A stretch of 64,000 nucleotides of DNA from Candidatus Dojkabacteria bacterium (GTDB taxonomy: Bacteria; Patescibacteriota; Dojkabacteria; J137): the NCBI GenBank assembly GCA_040006935.1, contig JBDTVZ010000001.1:103772-167771 (forward strand), read 5' to 3'. Shown here in pieces: positions 1-7,947 of this stretch. The first letter of the stretch is position 1. Every line of letters begins with the position of its first letter. The notes under the pieces were generated by a model. The model saw only the letters and a program-made list of their open reading frames with translations, ran no database searches and was not told the DNA's origin. The position numbers and the translations under genes are program-made.

Positions 1-176
1 ACTGTCGAAATTGTTAAATCAGATGGAACTTCACTAAGGAATTTCTCTAACCCTTCCTGATCATAGTCTGCGGCTACAACCTTAGCCCCCTGTTTTGCAA
101 AAAGCAAAGCAATCTCTTTACCTAAGCCAGATGCAGCGCCTGTAACAATAGCAACTTTACCTTGTAAGGAAAACAT
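1..176 (-). CDS. SDR-family oxidoreductase, N-terminal part (runs off window start)
   Basis: Manual translation from ATG at 176: [37 protein letters not shown]; TGxxxGxG Rossmann motif. Confidence 0.9.
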   Translation of the reverse strand, partial: MFSLQGKVAIVTGAASGLGKEIALLFAKQGAKVVAADYDQEGLEKFLSEVPSDLTIST

Positions 177-495
177 AATAAAAGTAATAAGAAGTATTTT
201 CTTATTTAATTTACTGCGAAAAGAAAGAAATGTCTAATGAGAGTATAAATTATGACAATAAAATACGAATAAGGCCTCCGTAGCTTTCCTTAATATTTGA
301 AAATATTTTTGATCTTCTAATAAATGTACGTATCACTCATTAAAAAAATCTGAAAATTGAAAGCTATTGATATGTTGATCGAATACTGACTGAAATTCAG
401 GATTCTTTTAATAATTTCTGGAGTTAATTGATGATTATTTGTGTTACCCGGAATAGCTATATATCCCGGGTGTTCGTTATAATTATTCATTTAAG

Positions 496-939
496 TTAAC
501 TTATTGCTTTTTTAACAAGCTCTATAATTTCATTTTCTTCTGCTGCTGTTAACTTAATTAATGCAAAAGATGTTGCCCACATATTACCATCATCAATATT
601 TGCTGGATCATTAAAACCTAACGTTGCATATCTCGATTCGTATTTACCTCCAGCTTTAAAAAAGCAAACTACTTGGCCATTTTCATTAGCATAAGCTGGC
701 ATTCCGTACCATGTTTTTGGTAATAACGCTGGTGCTGTTTTTTTTACTAGTTCATGTATTTTACTTCCCATGGATTTATCTGGTTCTGTCATTTGTTCTA
801 TTGCATTTAGTACATCTTTTTCACCTTCTTCCCTATTCTTAGCCGCTCTTGCTTCAGCTTTTAACTCTTTAGCTCTTGCTCTCATAGCTTCTCTTTCTAC
901 ATCTGAAAATGTTCCAGATTTATTTATTTCTTCTGACAT
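496..939 (-). CDS. DUF1801/YdhG-like protein
   Basis: PKTWYGMPAYA...VVCFF...RYATLGF...MWATSFAL signature. Confidence 0.75.
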   Translation of the reverse strand: MSEEINKSGTFSDVEREAMRARAKELKAEARAAKNREEGEKDVLNAIEQMTEPDKSMGSKIHELVKKTAPALLPKTWYGMPAYANENGQVVCFFKAGGKYESRYATLGFNDPANIDDGNMWATSFALIKLTAAEENEIIELVKKAIS

Positions 940-1036
940 ACTTATTAATTAATATTTAAAATATATAACTAGATTTTAGCCGACATTTACTTTATAATCA
1001 AGATACTTTATTTTAAAGTTAACGTCAAGGTAATTT

Positions 1037-1495
1037 ATGAATGGAAATGAAGATCTAAAATTTAACGTATTAATGGCTGCTCGTGATAATGGAATTAGTT
1101 CTGTACTATTTCGTAATGCTATGGGCAAGAAATTAGGACTGAATCTAACTGAATCTGTTTGCTTAACTCTTTTAGGCATAAAGAGTGTTTCAACGCCCAC
1201 AGAGATTGCACAGTATACTGGTTTAACTTCAGGTTCTACCACAACAATGCTAGATAGACTGGAAAAGAAAAATTTTATTAGAAGAAAAGCAAACCCCAAC
1301 GATAGACGTGGAGTATTAGTCGAAATTAATGAAGAATATTCAAAAATTGCTTTTCCATTAGTTGCAGGAGTTCAAAAAGCACATAAAGAACTTATTGATA
1401 AATACTCAGATACAGAACTGAAAGTTATTGCTGACTTTCTAGTAGGATTCACTAAAAATATGGTGGAAGAAACAAAGAAGATAGATAGTAAGTAA
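1037..1495 (+). CDS. MarR-family transcriptional regulator
   Basis: wHTH TPTEIAQYTGLTSGSTTTMLDRLEKKNFIRR and DRRGVLV motif; divergent from the DUF1801 gene. Confidence 0.9.
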   Translation: MNGNEDLKFNVLMAARDNGISSVLFRNAMGKKLGLNLTESVCLTLLGIKSVSTPTEIAQYTGLTSGSTTTMLDRLEKKNFIRRKANPNDRRGVLVEINEEYSKIAFPLVAGVQKAHKELIDKYSDTELKVIADFLVGFTKNMVEETKKIDSK

Positions 1496-1518
1496 ATTAC
1501 AAGTTTTAATATATAACT

Positions 1519-1989
1519 ATGGATAAATTACCTGAAAATGAAAATCTAATGTTCTACCTAGCAAGAGTGAAAGATATTATTGATTATTACAGATTAAAAT
1601 ATGAGGATCTACAGTTTAATCTTAATCAAGTAAAGATTGACGATACTGTGACTGTCATACTAGAGGTGAAGTGTCCTGAATATATAATTGCATTTGCGAA
1701 CCCTATATTTGATAAAAAAAATGGATATTTTGGATTGTTAAATGAGATTTTCACTTCTTTAAATAGAATCGCAATGGAAAGCATGGGTGAAAGTGTAAGA
1801 CTTGAAGATATAGTTAGGATGGACGAAAGCAAGCTAAACCCTCAACAACTTAAAACATTAGAAGAAGTAAGAAGACTCTCAAAGAATATGCCTATTATAG
1901 AAATATCAAGGGTAAGAAAGGCATTTGAAGGCGGGGGCTTCAGTTTTGAAACCATGACTCTACGGTTTGAATGTAGTTTTGTGGAATAA
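1519..1989 (+). CDS. hypothetical protein
   Basis: 156-aa ORF with ATG and genome-like composition; no recognisable motif. Confidence 0.55.
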   Translation: MDKLPENENLMFYLARVKDIIDYYRLKYEDLQFNLNQVKIDDTVTVILEVKCPEYIIAFANPIFDKKNGYFGLLNEIFTSLNRIAMESMGESVRLEDIVRMDESKLNPQQLKTLEEVRRLSKNMPIIEISRVRKAFEGGGFSFETMTLRFECSFVE

Positions 1990-2093
1990 AGAAAAATGAA
2001 GATGGTGAATAGAATTTTATTCTCCAGATGATATTTTAATAGTAAGATAAACTCGTTAAAATCTTACAAATCAGTAGGAAATTAAAGTATCAT

Positions 2094-2735
2094 ATGAAAT
2101 AAATTATTCAGAAATATTATGGTCTAAGAAATTTTATAAAAGATATAACTACTGAGGTATTCCAGAAAAAACCTCTTGATCTTAAAGACCTAGCAAAAGA
2201 ATTAATAGAGAACAAACCTCCTAAAATAGGAACAGAATTTCTGATCTACCCACAGAGCTTAACTATAAGTGATCTTCTTTTGCTAGGAGAATTACCATAT
2301 GAAGTTTCTATAGATCGATATGAAAATACACCATTTCTTTCGCTAATTATAGGTAGCGAATTTGAAACTGAAAGAATACATAAATACGATTATATGAGAC
2401 AGATTGCAACATTACACACTCATCCAAAACATGGAAGTAAGTTTATTTCCTATCAAGATTTATCTGCTGCAGAAATTTGGCAAATAGTATCACCTGGACT
2501 TCGATCATTTTTACTAACAGACCAAGGATTTATTGAGTACAGAGTTCCAGATAACAGAGATGATATCAGAGAGATAATGAATAATTGGGCTAAAAAACAT
2601 AACCTCAGTAACTTAAAACCAGATCAAGACGAATTAAAGCGAAGAGAGCTAATTCAAGGTGGAGGCTATATAGTACAAGAAGTGAAATGGAATGATCCAA
2701 GATTTTCAAACCTCCCAGATGCTTTTATAAATTAG
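2094..2735 (+). pseudogene. JAB/MPN-like metalloprotein; reading frame interrupted by TAA at codon 3 (or uses a non-ATG start)
   Basis: ATG AAA TAA at 2094-2102, then the same frame is open 2103-2735; LHTHP...S..D (HxH-x7-S-x2-D) JAMM-like motif. Confidence 0.5.
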
Positions 2736-2741
2736 AAAAAA

Positions 2742-2813
2742 TGAGGCTACGGAGAATCGAACTCCGATTACCAGATTGAAAATCTGATGTCCTAACCGTT
2801 AGACGATAGCCCC
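2742..2813 (-). tRNA. tRNA-Glu(TTC), no encoded CCA
   Basis: GGGGCTATCGTCTAACGGTTAGGACATCAGA-TTTTCAA-TCTGGTAATCGGAGTTCGATTCTCCGTAGCCTCA folds as a cloverleaf with anticodon TTC. Confidence 0.95.
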
Positions 2814-3065
2814 ATTTTTTTCAATTTTAAACTTATCTATTATCCCTTTCTTTATTTGCCAATTACCTTTAACTTCGAGTTCTCTTTTTCTAGCACTAGT
2901 TTTATTTAAGTAGGTTTCAGTATAAACTAATTCATAAGGTATTCTAGACTTTGTTGATCTAACTAATCCCTTATTATGCCTTACTAATCTTGCCTCTACA
3001 TTACTAGTTATTCCGACATAATACCATTCTTTTTTATTACTTTTCAGAATATATAGAAAATACAT
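2799..3065 (-). CDS. stand-alone GIY-YIG nuclease (YhbQ/Slx1-like)
   Basis: YFLYILKS...YYVGIT...RLVRHN...ARKRE motifs; the last codons and the stop lie inside the tRNA-Glu 5' end. Confidence 0.9.
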   Translation of the reverse strand: MYFLYILKSNKKEWYYVGITSNVEARLVRHNKGLVRSTKSRIPYELVYTETYLNKTSARKRELEVKGNWQIKKGIIDKFKIEKNGAIV

Positions 3066-3080
3066 ATCTAATTATAACTT

Positions 3081-3160
3081 GATTACAGATTGTCACCCGA
3101 AGGGTGATCCCTTTGGGAAAAATCTGATGTCCTAACCGTTAGACGATAGCCCCATTTTTT
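3081..3160 (-). pseudogene. duplicated 5' half of tRNA-Glu with a 26-nt insertion in the anticodon; T-arm and 3' acceptor strand absent
   Basis: 3119-3160 is identical to 2779-2820; 3081-3092 matches 2766-2778 with one deletion; insert at 3093-3118. Confidence 0.9.
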
Positions 3161-3186
3161 CTAATTCTGATTTGTATTTGCGGTGT

Positions 3187-3215
3187 ATTATAGCGTTTTT
3201 GATTAATTTCATCAA
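3187..3215 (-). promoter_or_regulatory. sigma70-type promoter for the tRNA-Glu locus
   Basis: TTGATG-17 nt-TATAAT on the minus strand, upstream of the broken tRNA copy. Confidence 0.55.
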
Positions 3216-3230
3216 TAATTTAATGAGCAT

Positions 3231-3362
3231 CCCTCTCCTTGAAAAGGACCTGTCTGCAACATCAATATTGTTAGCATATCTACATGGTCAGGCAAGGAGG
3301 GGGGACCGCTTGCGGTGGGTGAGGTCTAGCGCCTCAAAACCAGAAGAGTGTTTAGGCGCTCC
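3231..3362. repeat. nested cluster of REP-like palindromes
   Basis: CCCTCTCCTT-GAA-AAGGA[48-nt CCTGTCTG...CAGGCAAG]GAGGG...GGTGAGGT followed by AGCGCCT...AGGCGCTCC. Confidence 0.7.
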
Positions 3363-3368
3363 TTTTTA

Positions 3369-3986
3369 TTAAAAACCCAAATCCTCGTTTACTAAAATAA
3401 CTTGCACTCTTCCAGGTAACATTGGAGATACATTATTTAAAATAAACAATTCTCTAACATTACTTTCTGGCATGCCGTATGCAGCTTGAACTCTTTTATT
3501 TTCCTGAGGAAGGACGTCTTCGTAGATTCTTTTTAGTCCACTATCTAAATCTTTTACAATTTTCTTTGTACTAGCAATCACAATAACTTTGTCTGCACCA
3601 TATGCTAAAGCTGGAATTTGACTTCCACTGTTACTTGCCCAAATTAGTTTCCCATCTTGTGTCACTGCATGAGTACTTACAACTGCAAATTCATGAACAC
3701 CACCTATTTTACTCATTTCTTTTTTCTGAGTGTTTCGGTCTAAAGAGTTCATTTGTGTTCTGACAGAATTATATTTTCCTGATTCATTTAATTCTTTTGT
3801 TAAACCAATTTGTTCTAGAGTTTTAGATGTCATTGTCATAACTTCAGAACCTTCTGTAATTAGTTCCAATGCTTGAGCCTTAGCTTTTTCTCCATTTTCT
3901 ACAACATATACTACAAAGCCATTTGACTTAAGACCTTCGACTGCTTTATTTACCTCATCTGAATTCGGAATTGAAACGTGATCCAT
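3369..3986 (-). CDS. LUD-domain (LutC/YkgG, DUF162-like) protein
   Basis: STHAVTQDGKLIWASNSGSQ...YGADKVIVIASTKKIV...RVQVILVNEDLGF. Confidence 0.75.
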   Translation of the reverse strand: MDHVSIPNSDEVNKAVEGLKSNGFVVYVVENGEKAKAQALELITEGSEVMTMTSKTLEQIGLTKELNESGKYNSVRTQMNSLDRNTQKKEMSKIGGVHEFAVVSTHAVTQDGKLIWASNSGSQIPALAYGADKVIVIASTKKIVKDLDSGLKRIYEDVLPQENKRVQAAYGMPESNVRELFILNNVSPMLPGRVQVILVNEDLGF

Positions 3987-4081
3987 AGTTAATTATTAAT
4001 AAATATTAATTTATTCTAACTCGCTACTATGCTAAAATACAAGTACATACAAAAATTATATATACTAACTATTTAGATACT

Positions 4082-4414
4082 ATGAAAGAATGTACTAGTG
4101 CCGATCCAGTAAATATAACAATTAAAGCCATTGGAGGTAAATGGAAAGCAGTCATAATGTGGCATTTAAGCTCTGGAACCAAAAGGTTTAGTGAATTACA
4201 TAAGCTTGCCACCGGAGTTACTCAAAAAATGCTTACACAACAACTAAGAGAAATGGAAAGAGACGGACTAATTGAGAGAAAAGTCTATCCTATTGTTCCA
4301 CCTAAAGTAGAGTATTCGATTTCCAAATATGGTCAAACACTTCAACCTGTTTTGAAAGCTATGGCTGAATGGGGTGAAAGACATGAAAAGAACTTACGCG
4401 ATAATACTCTGTAA
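4082..4414 (+). CDS. HxlR-family (DUF24) transcriptional regulator
   Basis: IGGKWK...RFSEL...TQKMLTQQLREMERDGLIERKVY..VPPKVEYS. Confidence 0.92.
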   Translation: MKECTSADPVNITIKAIGGKWKAVIMWHLSSGTKRFSELHKLATGVTQKMLTQQLREMERDGLIERKVYPIVPPKVEYSISKYGQTLQPVLKAMAEWGERHEKNLRDNTL

Positions 4415-6934
4415 ATTCCTAATTGATTTTTCTAGATTAATTCCTTTGCCTACAACTGGTTTCCATAAATCTCCCATTTTATCTAGACGTTTTGAAAGAG
4501 TTTTAATTGTGTAATCTTTAACATCAAGTTTATTATTAACTTCGGACCATTTTAAAGGTGTAGAAACTGACGCCTTAACAACTGGACGAACAGAGTAGAC
4601 GGAAGCAGTTGTTTGACCACTTCGGTTTTGAAGGAAATCTATATATACTTTCCCTTTTCTTTTATCTGGAGATCTTTCTAAACTCACAATGTTTGGCAAT
4701 CTCTTACTGATTGAAATACTAATTATCTCTGAGAATTGTTTTGATTGCTCATAGGTATATTTTGTACCAAGTGGAGTATAGATATGCAATCCTCGTTTAC
4801 CGGAAGTCTTAATATAGTTATCTACCTCGATCTTATCCAAAAGTTCGTGAATTTCTAAAGCAACTTTAATTGTATATTTAAAATCCGCATCATTAGGATC
4901 TACATCAAAAATCATATAGTCTGGATTTTCAATTGAATCTATTCTCGAATCCCAAGGATTAATTTCAATACAACCTAAATTAACCATATAAATTAAAGTT
5001 TCCACATTATTACAAAGAATGTAATCAATAATCCTCTTTCTATTGCCTGAATAAATTCCATAAGTTTTAACAAAGTCCGGATGCGATTGCTCCAAGTCTT
5101 TATGGTAAAAACTCACACCCTCAATACCATCGGGATGCCTGTTCATATTCTGAGGTCGGTCTTTTAAGTATGGCAGAATAAAATCAGATATTTCTAAATA
5201 AAACTTTGCTAAATCTTTTTTCGTATATTTATCCTTAGGCCAATAGATCTTTTGAGGATTTGAGATTAACTCAAGTGGATCATGTTTTGTTTTACTATCC
5301 TGAGATTCATCTCTCCCGCCTGACTGCGCAAGTCGGGCAGGTAATTGATAATTCTTAATTGATAATTCAGTTAGATCATCGGGCTTTTTATCATCTCTGA
5401 TTCGCTGAAATATTGCTTGCCTTAGCATTCCTTCTTTCGTAACTTCTGCATAGTTAACTTCACAAACTAAAATTGGTTCTACAAATACACTTGAATTTGG
5501 AACTGGAGCATCATATTTAAATGGTGAGGAGTCACGCCTATGCTTATCTAGAAGCTCCCTAATTTCTTTAAGAGATTTATTATCGAATCCACTTCCCGTA
5601 TTACCAATATATTTTAAATTTCCATCTTGAAAAGTTCCGAGAAGTAGAGAACCAAAGTGTTCTCTTATCTCAGTTGGTTTGGTATAACCACATATTAAAC
5701 AATCTAACTCATTTACTTTCTTAAATTTCTTCCAATCATCTGATCTTTCTCCACTTCTGTAAATAGAGTCAGCTTTTTTTGCAACAACACCTTCAAAACC
5801 CTTTTTAATCATTTTAGTAAATAATGTTTTCCCTTTTGTCTCTACATAATCTTGAAGTACAATATTATCTTCAAAATTCACTTTTTTATAGAATTCAGCT
5901 AAGGCCTTTTTTCTCTCAATAAGTGGTAACGTTCGTAGATCTAAATTATCTAAAGAGAGCAGATCAAAAACCGTATACACTAAATCTCCTTTTTGAGAGT
6001 TAGGATAATCTTGGAGTAATTCGAATTGTGGAACCTTTTTTTTATTTAAAACGGATATCTCACCATCGATAATTGCATTTACATTAATTTTTTCTAGAGA
6101 TTCAATTAAACTTGGGTACTTTGAATTCAAATTTATTTGATTTCTCGAAAATAATTTTGCCTTTCCATTTTCTAATACTGCAATTGCCCTATATCCATCC
6201 ATTTTAGACTCAAAAATCCAATCTTTATTATCAAAAGGCTTTTCCGCAACAGAAGCAAGCATGGGTAAAGTAAGTCTTGAAGATTTGAGATTTTCAATTT
6301 TGTTTGTTAAATTATCTTCTTCTTTATTCTCTTTTCTCTTTTCTTTATTTGACTCCCACACAATCTCAGTATTTTCAATTTCCTCCATACTTTTCCCACT
6401 TTTTGCAGATAAAGCTTCTTTCTCAATCTTTGTCCCATCAAACTCATCTTTATCTTTGATAAATAACCAAGCATTTTCTCCAGCCTTCTTAAAACGTACT
6501 AAGGCAAATAACCCATGCAATTTCTTTCCAAATAACTCTAATTTTATTTCTCCTTTTTCCAAGCCATCCGCAATAGCTTTATCTGCTTCATTTTGATCTT
6601 TGATATTTGGAATTTGATATTTACCTAGATCCCAAACCATTACTGTACCAGCACCATAATTACCTTCTGGAATAGTTCCTTCAAAATCGTAATAATTCAC
6701 AGGATGATCCTCAACCATCATTGCTAAATGCTTTTCTTTAGAACTAGTTGGAACACCTTTAGGGACAGCCCAACTTTTTAAAACACCATCAGTCTCAATT
6801 CTGAAGTCAAAATGCAATCTCGTGGCTAAATGTTTTTGTACCACAAATCTCATCTTCCCTTCGTCAGATTTAACACCAGAAGGTTCAGGTGTATTCTTAA
6901 AATTTCTTTTTTCATTATATTTTTCTAAAGCCAT
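4394..6934 (-). CDS. ligD: NHEJ DNA ligase D (phosphoesterase-ligase-polymerase order)
   Basis: FVVQKH.ATRLHFDFR (PE domain), ESKMDGYR (ligase KxDG), polymerase domain IFDVDP...KTSGKRGLH. Confidence 0.95.
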   Translation of the reverse strand: MALEKYNEKRNFKNTPEPSGVKSDEGKMRFVVQKHLATRLHFDFRIETDGVLKSWAVPKGVPTSSKEKHLAMMVEDHPVNYYDFEGTIPEGNYGAGTVMVWDLGKYQIPNIKDQNEADKAIADGLEKGEIKLELFGKKLHGLFALVRFKKAGENAWLFIKDKDEFDGTKIEKEALSAKSGKSMEEIENTEIVWESNKEKRKENKEEDNLTNKIENLKSSRLTLPMLASVAEKPFDNKDWIFESKMDGYRAIAVLENGKAKLFSRNQINLNSKYPSLIESLEKINVNAIIDGEISVLNKKKVPQFELLQDYPNSQKGDLVYTVFDLLSLDNLDLRTLPLIERKKALAEFYKKVNFEDNIVLQDYVETKGKTLFTKMIKKGFEGVVAKKADSIYRSGERSDDWKKFKKVNELDCLICGYTKPTEIREHFGSLLLGTFQDGNLKYIGNTGSGFDNKSLKEIRELLDKHRRDSSPFKYDAPVPNSSVFVEPILVCEVNYAEVTKEGMLRQAIFQRIRDDKKPDDLTELSIKNYQLPARLAQSGGRDESQDSKTKHDPLELISNPQKIYWPKDKYTKKDLAKFYLEISDFILPYLKDRPQNMNRHPDGIEGVSFYHKDLEQSHPDFVKTYGIYSGNRKRIIDYILCNNVETLIYMVNLGCIEINPWDSRIDSIENPDYMIFDVDPNDADFKYTIKVALEIHELLDKIEVDNYIKTSGKRGLHIYTPLGTKYTYEQSKQFSEIISISISKRLPNIVSLERSPDKRKGKVYIDFLQNRSGQTTASVYSVRPVVKASVSTPLKWSEVNNKLDVKDYTIKTLSKRLDKMGDLWKPVVGKGINLEKSIRNLQSIIA
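5315..5369. repeat. 27-nt palindrome plus 4x7-nt array, in frame in the ligD linker
   Basis: CCCGCCTGACT-GCGCA-AGTCGGGCAGG then TAATTGA TAATTCT TAATTGA TAATTCA. Confidence 0.7.
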
Positions 6935-7015
6935 ATGAAAGATTCAAATGTTATAAACAATGTTTAAAAGTTCTTTGAGATTCAACGTTAAAACATTTAA
7001 ACCTTCCAACGTTTA

Positions 7016-7795
7016 TTATTTTTTAACTTTAATTGTCTCCAAACTCTTCTGTAGTGATTCCATTAGCTCATCCATATTAGTTGCTTTAGGTGCTTCGTTC
7101 TTCGAAATTTTAAAAGTTTTATTTTTAGCTTTTGCTTCAATAACTTTCTTTAATCCAGTAATATAATCATCTTTGAAGTCTTCGGGAGTAAATTTCTCAG
7201 TCATATTGTCTATTAAATCCATAGCCAAATCCAGTTCTTTTTCTTTCAAATTTGTTGTTTTTGGTACTTTTAATTCTTTAATAGGCTTGATTTCGGAATC
7301 ATATCTAAGTTGATTTAGGATTAAAATGTCTCCATCAAATTTTAATGCACATAAGTGCTCTCTGTTTTTAAAAACAAACTCAGCGATTCCTACTTTTCGA
7401 GATTTCTTTAAAGACTGTGCAAATAACGAATATGTCTTTTCTGCACCCTCAGCAGGTTCCAGATAATATGGTTTTTCGTAATATTTAGAATCAATTTCAT
7501 CTTCTTTTACAAAGCATTCGATATCAATTGTTTTACTTCTATGAATTGTAACTTTCTCAAAATCCTCTTCTTCTAAAATTACATAATCACCTTTACTAAA
7601 TTGAAATCCTTTAACTACATCTTTCCAGGAAACTTCCTTTCCTGTATGTGTATCTATTCTTGCATAACGAATTGGAGATTTATCTTTCTTACTTAACAAA
7701 TCTAAATCTAATTCTATAGATTCTGAACCTGTATATAAATTCACTGGGATGTAGATTAATCCAAAAGATATTCCTCCTGTCCAAATAGGTCTCAT
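7016..7795 (-). CDS. ku: NHEJ Ku protein
   Basis: MRPIWTGGISFGLIYIPVNLY; YYEKPYYLEP; adjacent to ligD. Confidence 0.95.
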   Translation of the reverse strand: MRPIWTGGISFGLIYIPVNLYTGSESIELDLDLLSKKDKSPIRYARIDTHTGKEVSWKDVVKGFQFSKGDYVILEEEDFEKVTIHRSKTIDIECFVKEDEIDSKYYEKPYYLEPAEGAEKTYSLFAQSLKKSRKVGIAEFVFKNREHLCALKFDGDILILNQLRYDSEIKPIKELKVPKTTNLKEKELDLAMDLIDNMTEKFTPEDFKDDYITGLKKVIEAKAKNKTFKISKNEAPKATNMDELMESLQKSLETIKVKK

Positions 7796-7947
7796 AGAAA
7801 AATAATAATAGTTATATTACAAATATAGTATATTACTTTAATTAATAAATACCAAGAAGCTACTCCTTGTTAGAATATTTTTAGCTAACATAGATGCTAA
7901 ATTTTCCTTTTTCTGATATTTTATGTAAGTAGATTATTTTTATTTTC

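Noticed and set aside
2742-3160. Group I intron with a homing endonuclease in tRNA-Glu
   Set aside because: A complete uninterrupted tRNA is present, there is no room or motif for a ribozyme core, and the structure is a duplication rather than split exons.
3172-3372. 66-aa ORF
   Set aside because: It spans a promoter and nested repeats; open by chance in GC-rich palindromes.
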